DNA of 64,000 nucleotides. Origin: a virus. Positions 29,388 to 40,700 of this stretch are shown here, one piece after another. Under the pieces are notes generated by a model. The model was not told the origin of the DNA. It saw only the letters and a program-made list of their open reading frames with translations, and ran no database searches. The stretch spans positions 2,845-66,844 of the IMG/VR virus record IMGVR_UViG_3300025876_000020; one strand, written 5' to 3'. The stretch's first letter is position 1; every line of letters starts with the position of its first letter. Made by a program: the position numbers and the translations under genes.

Positions 29388-31907
29388 TTAACCTCCTGCT
29401 AACTCCTGGAAGTTTGCGTCCGTTCTTGTTGCATAGAAGTTGACTAAGATAAATTCAGCTGTCTTAACTGGCTTAAGATAAATATCAACTACCATCTCGT
29501 TTTGGTCAATAACCTCTGGAGTGTTGTTTCTTTCATCACATACAATCAAGTAATCGTATAAACCATCATCAACCTTAATTCTTTCGAACGTAGGTGTAAG
29601 AGTGTTAACAACTCGTGATCTTGTAAACAGTGTATTGTTCTCAAACAAGAAGAACTTCATAGTAGACTTTGTAATCTTCTCAAGATATAAGAACGTTCTT
29701 CTTACGTTAATTCTGTCAAACGCACTTGGCTTCTTAAGCAGTGTCTTCTGCCCGAAGAATACATTACCTCTATCTTGGAATGTAGCAATCGGGTTAAGAT
29801 TAACGCTATATAAGTCATCACGTTGTCTCTGGTTAGGTGTTACAGCAATGTCAACCGCATCATTAATAATACCGCGATTGAATCCAGCAGGTGCACCCCA
29901 TGGTCCGATTTGAGCATCTACAGAAGCCATCTTAGCAGAAGCAAATCCAGAAGATGGTACGTAGATAAACAATCCGGAGTAACTATCGTATACCTTCATG
30001 AAGTTTGCAAACACTGTAGCATACGAGGTATTAGCTAATTCAAACTGATGTCTTAGTGCCCAGTATACGTCTGTGTAGAAGTTCTTTGACTTATCATCAA
30101 GAATCTTACTATCCTTACCAGATACTATCACTTGGCGAATTGGGTCAGCAATGTATAGTACATCACCTCTTCCACCGTCCTTAGTAGGTCCGCAGAATGT
30201 ATTAAATCTATTGAAGATTGCCATGTAGTTGTCTCTAGCATCTCTACCTAACGCCTCTAAGTCTCTAGATGTTCTTAGCGCTTCGATAGCAGGAGTTGTT
30301 CTTGTATCATCAAACCCTAGCTCCTTAAGACCAGCCTCAGCAGTCTCGGAGTAAGTGTTAATGGTACCCAATCCAGCCTCAGCAATAATATCGATGTTAA
30401 ACTTCTCATCGTTCTTAACACGCTCTAGAGCTCTGTCTAATTTAGCAGGAACTTTACCAATCTTCTTATCAGCGAGATTAGTCTCACCATATACACCAAT
30501 CGGGAATAGTGAATCTGCTAGCCCTAACGTACTAGTTAGATATGCTAGGTCATCAGTTGTACCTACACCGGCAATGTCTAGCGATACATCACCAGAACTA
30601 ACTGCATCAACAAGTGACTGTGTAAGAACACGGATCTTTTTCTTAGGAGTACCATCGTCATTAAGCTGAATACCTGCAATCTTATCAGATAAGAAGGGGT
30701 TAACTAAAATATCAATGTTTCGTGAGCTGTTTTCCTCTGTCTCAAGGAAGAAGTTAACAGGTGCACCACCATTCTCGGCATTTCTCTGCCTGTACTGACC
30801 AATTGAACCGTTGTATCCTTCTTCAAGTAGGTAATCCAATCCATAAGCGTCCTTTGAGAATACTGATTGTCTTATTTTAAATACTCCTACGTTGAGAGTA
30901 TCATCAAACTCACGTGGAGAAATATCATAAGAAGCGATTCTGTCCTCCATTACTTGCGAGACGGAGTTAGTAGCAGGATTATCACCAAATTCTGGAGTAG
31001 CTGTTAGAGAGAATTCAAATCTTGTATCTGGGATTGTAGTAAAGTTAGTACTACCAGCATCACCTGCACTTCTTGTAGTGGTTTGAATACTGTTAATTGC
31101 ATCAAAGTTACTAGCAGGGTTAATGTTTGTATTATCAGCTAAGCCGATGTAGTAGCCATTAAATTGACCATCCACAATAGTTTGTCCCTTGTTTATAACA
31201 ATAACAGCTGCACTTGAAAGAGTTTGTAGAGAAGTGAAATCTTCAGATGAACCTGCAATATTAGACCACCCACCTGTAAACAAATCACCACTTGAGAGTC
31301 TTAAGTATTGCTCTTGTGTAATTTCGAATTGCTTAGGCTTACCAATGTAAAATGCTTCATTCCTACTAAAGTCATTAACTGTCTCTTGAGTAGCATCAAA
31401 ATCAGAAAGATAAGCAGTAGTAGACTCGTAACGAGGATTCTGACCTACACCGTTATCAATCCACTGATCAAATTCATCAGTTAAGTCTGTATATAAAATA
31501 TCAGCAGAAGAAAGGCCGTTAGTTTCAGCATCACCATCAATTGGTCCAAATACTGTGATCTCAGCAGTATCTCTTTTACCAATAGCTGCTGGATACGCAA
31601 GAACGCCTACCTTGGATCCAAATCCCTGACCTTCTTCTTCACCGTAAGGTAGTCTATTAACTAGTACCCGTCCGGTAGAGTTAAGAGCAGCTTTTACCGT
31701 ATGGTAAAAGTATCTCTCAGCCGGTGTTCTTGGCATTCCGTAAATCTGCTCAAAGTCTGTAATACCAGTTACACCAACCACTTCATCGGTTGGTCCTTGA
31801 TTCGAAAAGCCTGTAATATATGTTGTTGTTCCTTGTGAAACTGTCCGTAGTGATAAATCACTCTCTCTGATTTCAACTCCTGGAGATTGTATTGTCCTTC
31901 TAGCCAT
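29388..31907 (-). CDS. gp18: Tail sheath protein
   Basis: SPGVEIRESDLS, PWGAPAGFNRG, QRDDLY...NPI, GQKTL...SAFDRINVRR, FENNT..TR, CDERNNTPEVID and KPVKTAEFI. Confidence 0.97.
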   Translation of the reverse strand: MARRTIQSPGVEIRESDLSLRTVSQGTTTYITGFSNQGPTDEVVGVTGITDFEQIYGMPRTPAERYFYHTVKAALNSTGRVLVNRLPYGEEEGQGFGSKVGVLAYPAAIGKRDTAEITVFGPIDGDAETNGLSSADILYTDLTDEFDQWIDNGVGQNPRYESTTAYLSDFDATQETVNDFSRNEAFYIGKPKQFEITQEQYLRLSSGDLFTGGWSNIAGSSEDFTSLQTLSSAAVIVINKGQTIVDGQFNGYYIGLADNTNINPASNFDAINSIQTTTRSAGDAGSTNFTTIPDTRFEFSLTATPEFGDNPATNSVSQVMEDRIASYDISPREFDDTLNVGVFKIRQSVFSKDAYGLDYLLEEGYNGSIGQYRQRNAENGGAPVNFFLETEENSSRNIDILVNPFLSDKIAGIQLNDDGTPKKKIRVLTQSLVDAVSSGDVSLDIAGVGTTDDLAYLTSTLGLADSLFPIGVYGETNLADKKIGKVPAKLDRALERVKNDEKFNIDIIAEAGLGTINTYSETAEAGLKELGFDDTRTTPAIEALRTSRDLEALGRDARDNYMAIFNRFNTFCGPTKDGGRGDVLYIADPIRQVIVSGKDSKILDDKSKNFYTDVYWALRHQFELANTSYATVFANFMKVYDSYSGLFIYVPSSGFASAKMASVDAQIGPWGAPAGFNRGIINDAVDIAVTPNQRQRDDLYSVNLNPIATFQDRGNVFFGQKTLLKKPSAFDRINVRRTFLYLEKITKSTMKFFLFENNTLFTRSRVVNTLTPTFERIKVDDGLYDYLIVCDERNNTPEVIDQNEMVVDIYLKPVKTAEFILVNFYATRTDANFQELAGG

Positions 31908-31939
31908 AAAATTATTTATGCCTATTCAGTTAAAAGTTG

Positions 31940-32548
31940 CTATATATTTAGCAGTTTAGTGTGTATTTGGGAATAAACAAACGTCATACTACTTTCCATT
32001 TGATCTGACTCTCTATAATTGTAGTTTATGCCACCTATTGTAATGGGAAATGCATTTTTATAAGTAAATTCAACCTTTTTATTATTGAACTCATCTAACC
32101 CAAATAAGGTTATATCTGTCTGATAGTCTGAATATTTAAACGGACCGGCTACTGCGCCATCTGTTATATTTCTCTCAGCTAGATCGTCCTCATCATATAA
32201 ACCAGTTTTATCATCATGCATTAAATCTAACCACTTATAGATCGTCCAATAGTTGTTAAATTCATTATCAACTGTAAAGTCAACAGTTACAGGTGGATAT
32301 GGCTCACGTGAATGTGATGAGTTGTATAAGTTACTACCACCGTACGGTATTTGTATAGCAGGAACTGTTAGTTCTGGTACAACAACCCCATAAACAGATA
32401 CCTGAAAAGAATCTTCATTAACATTATAAGTGGATCTTTGACTATTTTTATTTACTTTTCTTAAAGCTGGTGGAAGCTGAAAAACAAGTATAAATTTATC
32501 TAACCTATTTTTATTGAGGTGAGATTGCGGATTTTTATTTGTAGCCAT
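31940..32548 (-). CDS. Tail completion / tube terminator protein (gp3-like)
   Basis: VTVDFTVDNEFNNYWTIYKWL...DITL...NNKKVEFTYKNAFP..IGGI.Y matches T4-like gp3. Confidence 0.7.
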   Translation of the reverse strand: MATNKNPQSHLNKNRLDKFILVFQLPPALRKVNKNSQRSTYNVNEDSFQVSVYGVVVPELTVPAIQIPYGGSNLYNSSHSREPYPPVTVDFTVDNEFNNYWTIYKWLDLMHDDKTGLYDEDDLAERNITDGAVAGPFKYSDYQTDITLFGLDEFNNKKVEFTYKNAFPITIGGINYNYRESDQMESSMTFVYSQIHTKLLNI

Positions 32549-32556
32549 ATTATTAT

Positions 32557-34254
32557 TTATTGTAAAGGTTCATAACCAAACATAGATAACTCATCCATAT
32601 CCATCTCTGCTTGATTTTCACCCATTCCGAACACCATTGGAGGTAGCGCGTTATTATTACCTCCAACTATTTCATTATCTAGATATATCGAGGTAGCATC
32701 TTCGAAGTACTGAATACCGAAATCCATCTGATCAATAACACACGGTTTACCCATACTATCAAGCTCTGCTATTTCGAAGAAGCGTTCTGTTATTTCCCTC
32801 TCCAATATAAAGAGAGCGTACAACAATGACATAACCATATCATCATGCTTACTCTGCCTTGCTTTCCATGTACCGTTTGGATATCTAATAAAGTTCTTAA
32901 GCTCCATTAATGTCTGCTCATCTTTAATGGTAACGGCGCGTGCCTCGTTAATATAATAACGCATATTTAATACACCTTTGTACTTTGTATTAGTATGTGC
33001 AATCATACCCTGCATAACATTCTTACGGTTAGCTGCTTTATTACCATAAGATACTATCTTATCATACCCTAAATCATTATATAGTCTATCAACAACCTGC
33101 GCCCCGCAATTGTTACGCTCAATTAAAGCTAACGGTGATCCGTAGTTTTTTAATATAGAGTGTACTTTAGCAGTAAACTCAAGTGGTGGTATTTGGTTAT
33201 TATTATAGCATGCTACCTGTCTAATGTCTCTGAGATCGGTTATATCTAGTATTTGTACGCATGATGAGTCAGCGCCCACTCCTTCAGCTGTATCAACACC
33301 AGCTACATATAATCTAGATGGATCAGCTTCTTCCCATATCTTATACGCACCGTCATCAAGCACGATTTTAGGATCACAAATTTCAGTCGCCATCTTCTCA
33401 AATAGCTCTGCATCAATAGTTGATTCACCAGTTTCAATCCACTCACACTCAAACTCCTGTCGCCAAGCATCTACTGATCCGATAGCCTGTCTTGTATTCT
33501 CGGCCCATGCTTCATCTCTTCCAGGTACCTCATTCCAGAGTATCTTATCATATCCCCAGCCGTTAGTACCTTCTTCAGCGCCTGTATATAATGTATGAAA
33601 AAGGTTACCTGTACCATTTGCAGTAGAACATACAAATACTTTAGATTTCTTCGATGATGTAATAACAGGAAAGACTGATTTCCAGAACTCTTCAACCAAG
33701 TGAGGTTCAATGAAAGCCATTTCGTCAATTACAAGACAGTTTACAGATTGACCACGAGCAGCTGTACCAGTTGTAGTTGTAATACCTATACGACTGCCAT
33801 TCTCAAGTGTCATAGATGTCTTTGCATACTCTTTAACAGGCGGCTTAAGCCAGTTAGGTAACTCCTCATATGCCATTCTAACCCTCTGAAAAATCTCAAT
33901 AGCAGTAGCCTCTTTGTTCGCTACTAATAGAATCCTCTGATCCTTCGTAAAGCATGCCTGCCATAATAGGAAGATAGTCATCATTGTCGACTTACCTATC
34001 TGTCTAGATGCTAATAATACAAAGAACCTATTATCACGCATCTTTCTAATAGCGCGCTTTTGACATGGGTGTAGCTGAATTTTTTCCTTACCTCTATCTA
34101 GGTTAATAATATGAAAGAAGTTCTCAGCAAAGTATAGTATGTTCTTACTAGCCTTTTTAAGGTCTCGTATTTTGTCCTTGGTCCACTCCCCCTTCCAATT
34201 CGAGTTTGGAAGGTTGGTATTACCCATGTAGAACATATTATTTTCTTTTCCCAT
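32557..34254 (-). CDS. gp17: Terminase large subunit
   Basis: SRQIGKS Walker A, LVIDEMAF Walker B, STANG, QEFEC, the nuclease GVDTAEGVGAD and HDDMVM. Confidence 0.97.
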   Translation of the reverse strand: MGKENNMFYMGNTNLPNSNWKGEWTKDKIRDLKKASKNILYFAENFFHIINLDRGKEKIQLHPCQKRAIRKMRDNRFFVLLASRQIGKSTMMTIFLLWQACFTKDQRILLVANKEATAIEIFQRVRMAYEELPNWLKPPVKEYAKTSMTLENGSRIGITTTTGTAARGQSVNCLVIDEMAFIEPHLVEEFWKSVFPVITSSKKSKVFVCSTANGTGNLFHTLYTGAEEGTNGWGYDKILWNEVPGRDEAWAENTRQAIGSVDAWRQEFECEWIETGESTIDAELFEKMATEICDPKIVLDDGAYKIWEEADPSRLYVAGVDTAEGVGADSSCVQILDITDLRDIRQVACYNNNQIPPLEFTAKVHSILKNYGSPLALIERNNCGAQVVDRLYNDLGYDKIVSYGNKAANRKNVMQGMIAHTNTKYKGVLNMRYYINEARAVTIKDEQTLMELKNFIRYPNGTWKARQSKHDDMVMSLLYALFILEREITERFFEIAELDSMGKPCVIDQMDFGIQYFEDATSIYLDNEIVGGNNNALPPMVFGMGENQAEMDMDELSMFGYEPLQ

Positions 34255-34260
34255 TGAAAA

Positions 34261-34282
34261 TATTTATACCTAGACATAAATA
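34261..34282. promoter_or_regulatory. Divergent pair of late promoters (terL on minus, 398-aa gene on plus)
   Basis: TATAAATA (minus, 34261-34268) lies 6 nt before the terL ATG. TAAATA (plus, 34277-34282) lies 5 nt before the ATG at 34288. Confidence 0.75.
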
Positions 34283-34287
34283 AATAT

Positions 34288-35484
34288 ATGTCTAAAGATG
34301 ATATTAATAGCTTAGGTTCAGTATACGGGGGTATGTTGAACGGATTGAAGAAGGATCTTATTAAGGAAGGTAAGATAGGTCCTAGTGAGATAGGTGATGC
34401 TGCTTTACAAACCGGAGGTCCAACTAAAGAAGGTGGTTTTGCAGAAGCTGAGGTAGATATCGAAAAACTTACTGATAAGGAAAAAGAAGATAACTTATAT
34501 AATATTAACAAGTTGTCGTATACTAGTAGTTATATGCCTGAAGAGGATGAGGAAGGTAAGCATGATGACAAAGATGGTAAGAAAGAGAAATGCGACTATG
34601 TTGACTGTGAAGAAGACAAAGAAGATGATGCTGCCGAAGAAGATGAAGAGAGGAGCGACGGTACTGATGACGGTGAATGTGAAGAGTGTGGTGGTTTAGG
34701 ATGTGAGCCATGCAATGGTACAGGTGAGAAAAGCGAAGAAGACGAAGAAGGTAACAATGTTAGTGTAAAACAAGAAGTACTTAACGCTGTTAAACACGGT
34801 GCTGGTGAGTTTGCTCATAAAGCAGCTGGTATGCTTCAGTCAGCTAAGGAGCTTCATGCACAATACAGTGAACAAGGTGATCAGGAAAGAGTTAGTATTC
34901 TAAAGTCACTTATTAATCACTTCGCCACACAACTAAAGTTTGATGAAAATGAAGAAAGTTCACAAATATCAGAGAAAATCGCACAAGATGGCTTAAATAA
35001 TTTTATGAAACAAAAATCACAGTTTGATAGTCTCTACAATAAGGTCATGGTTTCAGAAAACTTTGACGAGATGGAATCCGAAGATTTTGATGCTCTTGGT
35101 ATTGATACCGAAGCACAAGATGAAGTAGAAGGTGGTGATGAAATCACCGTTACACTTTCAAAAGACGTTGCACAAGCACTTTGCGATGTTCTTCAAGCAG
35201 CCATGGGTGAGTCAGACAGCGAAGACGGTGACGAAGCTGAAGCTGCTACTGAAGGCGCATTTGGTGAAGAAGACGAAGAAGGTATTGATACTGGTTCAAC
35301 ACACAGTGGAAAATACGATGACGGTAAGAATAACAAGGTAGGTGATCTTAAGACCGCTGCTGCAGCTACTGCTAAAGGTGCTGATAGTAAGCTTGATAGC
35401 GGATCTAACCTCAACACTTCATACAACGACGGTAAGAGTAATAAAGTCGGTAGCCTTTCAACAGGTACACGTGCTGTAGATTAA
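34288..35484 (+). CDS. Very acidic late protein (prohead core/internal-protein-like) with a DnaJ-type Cys motif
   Basis: E/D-rich, with CEECGGLGCEPCNGTG and a duplicated YxDGKxNKVG motif at the C-terminus. Late promoter upstream. Confidence 0.6.
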   Translation: MSKDDINSLGSVYGGMLNGLKKDLIKEGKIGPSEIGDAALQTGGPTKEGGFAEAEVDIEKLTDKEKEDNLYNINKLSYTSSYMPEEDEEGKHDDKDGKKEKCDYVDCEEDKEDDAAEEDEERSDGTDDGECEECGGLGCEPCNGTGEKSEEDEEGNNVSVKQEVLNAVKHGAGEFAHKAAGMLQSAKELHAQYSEQGDQERVSILKSLINHFATQLKFDENEESSQISEKIAQDGLNNFMKQKSQFDSLYNKVMVSENFDEMESEDFDALGIDTEAQDEVEGGDEITVTLSKDVAQALCDVLQAAMGESDSEDGDEAEAATEGAFGEEDEEGIDTGSTHSGKYDDGKNNKVGDLKTAAAATAKGADSKLDSGSNLNTSYNDGKSNKVGSLSTGTRAVD

Positions 35485-35505
35485 TTTGAAATAAAAACAT
35501 AAATT

Positions 35506-35541
35506 AAAACCTGTTGAGTCGTATGATTCAACAGGTTTTTT
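35506..35541. terminator. Intrinsic terminator, probably bidirectional
   Basis: AAAACCTGTTGAGTC-GTAT-GATTCAACAGGTTTT-TT hairpin with A/T tracts at both ends. Confidence 0.85.
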
Positions 35542-35554
35542 ATTAAATACTATT

Positions 35555-35884
35555 ATGATTACCTTTAAGGAGTACTATCAAGGAGACAAATATAGTGTTG
35601 CTCTTGCATCTCCTAATAATGGCAAGAGTATGATGAGGGGTGATAGGAAGCATCAGAACCTGATGAAGAAGGACCACCTACATAAAAGCCCGTATATTAA
35701 CAACCTTGTTAACGGTGGAGCTGCTCAAATTAAGCTAATGGGGCAACCTCTGCTTAATACACTATCACAGTATGGAATGGACTTCCAACCCGGTAAAACT
35801 AAATCACTTGGTAACTCTCATGTTGAGGTGAAGATGTTTGAAGACGAGGAGGGTAATCAGTGCGGAATGTTAACTAAAAAGTAA
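35555..35884 (+). CDS. Hypothetical late protein with a capsid-targeting-like N-terminus (MITFKEY)
   Basis: TAAATA-N5-ATG. The N-terminus resembles the T4 internal-protein leader MKTYQEF. Confidence 0.6.
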   Translation: MITFKEYYQGDKYSVALASPNNGKSMMRGDRKHQNLMKKDHLHKSPYINNLVNGGAAQIKLMGQPLLNTLSQYGMDFQPGKTKSLGNSHVEVKMFEDEEGNQCGMLTKK

Positions 35885-35885
35885 A

Positions 35886-36845
35886 ATGGCAGAGTGTAAT
35901 CAATCTAGACTAAACTGCACACCAGACGAGATTATGTCTGTTGCTAATGCAGCCTGTAGTAGTATAGTTAGTCCTGATGGTTATAACGCAGAACAGTTGG
36001 TCTTTGATCAATCCTTTAATGATTTAATTAACAATTTTGGAGTTGAGGTGGACTACTATATACATACGTTTAACTTTAGGAGCGCTGACACTCTCTACGG
36101 GGAAGAGCCTACTGCAGTACTTTACGGTCCAATACCTGTTAAAATGTACATAGAGCTCAGCAATGAAGGATTAAGCTTACAAAAATTCGGTTTTGATACT
36201 CAAGATGACTTTACCGGGTATGTACATATTAAGACATTCGAAGATACATTATCTGCTAGAGACTTATTCATCCGTACAGAGCGTGGTGATATACTACCGT
36301 TATTAGAATTTGCAGATGAGCTTGAGACAGAAAATGGTTCAATTGATATAGTAACTGAGAATGGCTCAGAGCAGCTTATTATAAATGACACATTATCGGA
36401 TTCTTTGACTGCGCTATATGGTCAAACAGAGTATGAAATTATCGATAAGTTCATTGAGACAAATCATAAGTTAGAACCTAAGTCTGGTGATCTTATAGAC
36501 TTCGTACAGCTAGGTTGTGATAGACCTGGTGATAGGTGCTCAAAAATATTTGAAGTAACTGAGAGAATGGATCAAGATATTGCTGGAGGGCTTAACCCAG
36601 CTCTTGGTCATTATGTATGGAGGTTAAGAGCTAAGAGATACGAGAGCTCGTTTGAGCCAGGTGCGCCTACAGAATGTGAGAACGAACAAGTTCACGATAA
36701 TCTGTTTAATGGAGTAACTGATACAGATATTGCTACGGATGATGTTTCTGAAGCTAAGTCGTATCCAGGAGATATAGACGTTAAGTCAAAGGATATATTT
36801 GATATGGATGTTAATGATACCGATATTTACGGATCGTATTATTAA
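35886..36845 (+). CDS. gp14: Neck protein gp14-like
   Basis: FGVEVDYY...LYGEEP...LQKFG...EPKSGDLI...IFEVT...YVWRLRAKRYE. Confidence 0.75.
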   Translation: MAECNQSRLNCTPDEIMSVANAACSSIVSPDGYNAEQLVFDQSFNDLINNFGVEVDYYIHTFNFRSADTLYGEEPTAVLYGPIPVKMYIELSNEGLSLQKFGFDTQDDFTGYVHIKTFEDTLSARDLFIRTERGDILPLLEFADELETENGSIDIVTENGSEQLIINDTLSDSLTALYGQTEYEIIDKFIETNHKLEPKSGDLIDFVQLGCDRPGDRCSKIFEVTERMDQDIAGGLNPALGHYVWRLRAKRYESSFEPGAPTECENEQVHDNLFNGVTDTDIATDDVSEAKSYPGDIDVKSKDIFDMDVNDTDIYGSYY

Positions 36846-37720
36846 CTAACTCTCATCCATACATATACACCATACTCCGGTGGGACGTTATTGTGGGATT
36901 TGCTACCACCTGCATCCAATATACCTCTAATACCTGTATTGTAGGTGGATCCTGGATTATGTGTTTGTTCAGGATCATCTTTTGTTAATTCAAAGGGAGA
37001 CGGGCTTTGTCCGTCGTAATTACCATTAGCACCAGAAAATCCGTGTCTATGTACAGGCATTTCTTGTTGTGTTAAAGTGTGTTTGTATGCACCTCTGTTG
37101 CCGTTACCTGCGTTAAATGTAGGGTCACCTTGATCACCCCTGTTACCTTGACCAACTAAAAATCTACCTTGTGATGTCTTTTGCCAAGTTCCAATACCTA
37201 AGAAGGAACCTGGATTATTGTTATTCACAGTCATGTATACAGCACCGATTGGATACAGACCACCTAAAATCTCATTCTTAATAGCCTGAACATCTGTAAA
37301 CCAGTCTGCGCTATTACTCTTAACTGTAGTATATGTACTATCCCATGTATCGCTATCGTCTTGTACTCTCTGATATGTATCATTCCAGTTACCACTTACA
37401 GCCGCTATAGGTGAATCATCGTATTGAGTTGCCCATACTCCACTCAAGCTACTAACTTTATCATAAGCAATATCCCAAAATGTTTGCGCACCATCAACTC
37501 TTTGATAAGTTGTCTCCCAGTTAGCACTATTAGATTCAACTGTTGTATAAGTATATGTCCAGTTAGGATCTATGATAACAGGCTCTATGCTGTTAATAAT
37601 ATACTCTGTAATACCACTTACCGGTGTAACGTAGTTTGTGTTATCCTCTACTATAGGTATTAGGGATTGCTGATTAGGCTCACTAATTACTCCAAGATCT
37701 GTGAATTTAAGAATGTTCAT
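36842..37720 (-). CDS. Baseplate/fibre protein with gp10-like C-terminal domain
   Basis: LYPIGAVYM...NPGSFLGIGTW...GRFLVG...HTLT..EMP.H.H...HNNVPP.Y.VY.W.R, preceded by Trp-spaced repeats. Confidence 0.7.
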   Translation of the reverse strand: MNILKFTDLGVISEPNQQSLIPIVEDNTNYVTPVSGITEYIINSIEPVIIDPNWTYTYTTVESNSANWETTYQRVDGAQTFWDIAYDKVSSLSGVWATQYDDSPIAAVSGNWNDTYQRVQDDSDTWDSTYTTVKSNSADWFTDVQAIKNEILGGLYPIGAVYMTVNNNNPGSFLGIGTWQKTSQGRFLVGQGNRGDQGDPTFNAGNGNRGAYKHTLTQQEMPVHRHGFSGANGNYDGQSPSPFELTKDDPEQTHNPGSTYNTGIRGILDAGGSKSHNNVPPEYGVYVWMRVS

Positions 37721-37748
37721 ATGTTTATATTTATGTGTCTAATGTAAA

Positions 37749-40700
37749 TTAACCCAACAACACCCAAGTAGTTCCGTCCCAGCCTCTAAATTCCTTAGTA
37801 ACATTGTCAAAGTATATAGTACCTTCGTCCGGAGTTATCGGTTGAGCATTACCCTTTAATACTAGCGCATTTCTAACAACTGACTTACCGGTATCAGTGA
37901 CATAGAAGTCTGCTCCAACACCACCATTATCAGCTAACCGGTTTTGATTACCAACTAATCCTATACCCTTATTTTCAAAGCCACCGGGTGAACCAGTACC
38001 GTTAGCTGTTATAAAGCCGCCATCACCACCAGCAATTGTAGATGCAACATATATGTTACCCTCCGTAGTCAATATACCATTGGACTGAGGGGTCTCGTTA
38101 CCAATACCAACACGACCGTCAGCATCAATAATAAATCTATTAGTGAAAATACCATTAGTTAAGACCTCATCCGGAGTCATGCCGTCGGTGATACCAGAAT
38201 CACCAATAGTATCAAATCTAAATTCACCTGATGCTATCCGAACCCGGTCAGGGCCGGTGGAGGGAGCCAAAATACCGTTATCATTACCGTTGAATATGAT
38301 TAATTCACTTTTCTGTACTGTACCATCATATCTACGTTCACCTATAAATGCGCCAGTATCAGCATACGTACCAGCGAAACGAATGTAGTTATGATTAGGT
38401 AGTAGTCCAGTCGCATCGGCAACCTTTTCACCAACCATTATATTACCTTTAACGTGTAGCTGTTCTAGTGGGTCTAGTACATTAATACCAACTTCACCAC
38501 TATCTGATATTATCATCCTCTGAGTTGCTACAGGATCACCACCAGTAACGAAGGCTAAGCCGTTATCTTTCTGTATGATTCGTGTATCATGTCCCTCACT
38601 ACGTGAAGTTTTAAAGTCAATATATGGATTATCAGTGCCTTGGGCGTCGATTATTTCTAAACCACCAACATTTGAATTAAGGTTAAATCCTGACGCTGGA
38701 GTAGATCCACCTGAAAGGCTCATATTACCAGTACCAATAATATTACCGCCTACAGTTAAGCTACCTCTTGTATAAGTAACACCACCATCAGTAACATATA
38801 AATCTGCACCAACTCCACCACTTTTAATTAGTCTACTACTATTACCACATATACCAATACCACCTATTGTACCATCTTGTGTAATAAATCCAGCACCACC
38901 TATAGTAGCACCAAGTAAGGCAATATCACCATCTTGTATCTGTAGCTTATTCTGTGGATTGAGCTCACCTATACCAATATTACCATTACTAGAAATTACA
39001 AGAGCATTACTAATAATGCTACCATCACCTCCAACATCGAAGGCTAATTTACCAGTTGTAGTAGACTTAATGCGTGTATCATAATTATTAGCTGAGCTTT
39101 TAAAATCAATGACTGGTGTACCACCATCTTTTCTAAGTTCTATCCTACCATCTGGAAGAAGTCTTGTTGATGTTCCAGTGCCTCTAGTACTGATAGATGC
39201 ATTTGAGTCTACGTGACCATCAACATTAACAGTACCTTCAATGAACATTTCACCATTACAAGCACTAACCTGATTTAGGAATAATGTTGTATCACAGTAG
39301 ACACTTCCTGCGCCTCCTAGGGCGTTAATATCTACCCACTGACTTGAGCTTTCATCCTCGTCAACATAGTACATGAATAAGTCACCGTTAGTTGAATCGA
39401 ACCATAGGTCACCGTTAGTTAAATCTTCTTGAGCTGGTGCAGTCGCTGAAACATTTACACTTGTGGACTTTTCCCATACAGCACTTGACGTTTGTACTAC
39501 TGTTGTTGTGTCACACCACTCTTCACTATTACCACAACTAGCAGATAATACACCAGTAACTATCGCATCACCATCTGGAGTTATGCGAAGTGACCGTTGC
39601 GTATTACCATCACCACCGGTAAAGAAGTCAAGGTTATTGTTAGCATTACTCACTATACGTGAGTCAAAATCTGTACCTAGAGCAGCCTTAAAATCTATTA
39701 ATGCTCCACCACCATCTTTAGCTAATTCAATTGTTCCAACGTCTCTGATGGATACAGCAGAGGTTCCAGGATCATCAGTTATTTTAATAGTACCACCCTT
39801 TATAAAGAGTTTGTTACTAGGTGTTTCAGTACCTATTCCAACGTTACCACCTTGAGCTACATACAGGTGTGACTCAGTAAGAGAGCTAGCTCCAGCACCA
39901 CGCAAACCAATACCACTACCGGCTGGTCCCTGCCCAATATACCCCCAGTTATTATTACCATTTGTATCAATCGCAATATCACCACCTTTAACAGTTACTT
40001 TGCTTATTGTTTGATCCGTATTAACTGATAAGTTTCCTCTAGTTACAGCATCACCAGCACTATTAACATACAAATCAGCCCCGTCTCCATCATTTTCAAT
40101 TAGCTTGTTTGAAGCACCAGCCAGTCCAATACCACCAGCCGTTCCATCCCGAGTTAGGAATCCTAATCCACCGTTTTCAACACCGGATAAGCCAACCCAA
40201 CCTACATCAACCTGAACGTTACCCTGTACATTTAATGCTTCTGCACCTCTTTGCAGTGATCCTACTGTAACCTTTTCTGCTACCTCAACAGAACCACCAA
40301 CTTCAAACCCACTCAATTCTGATATAAGTATGTCTTGATAGTGAGTAAATGACGATAAACTATGTATCTCGGTAGCAGTAAGAGAATTAATATTACCTAT
40401 ACTGCTGTTAGACATGTCAATAGGTGCACCATTACAAGCACTAACGGTACTTAAATATACTGTTTCATTACAAAAATCACCGTCCCAGAAGTCGCTTAGA
40501 GTATTAACTGTACTATATACGGAATCCCATTGACTAGATGTAGCAGCTACTGAACTATAAACACTATCCCAAAAGAATGATCTATTAGATACTGTTATGA
40601 ACGTGTCTTGCCATCCACCTGAGAGCGCTGCAAGATTATCTATACCAAGACTGACGTAGTAATAATCACCAACCTCTTGTATGTCTGTATTGTATGTAAT

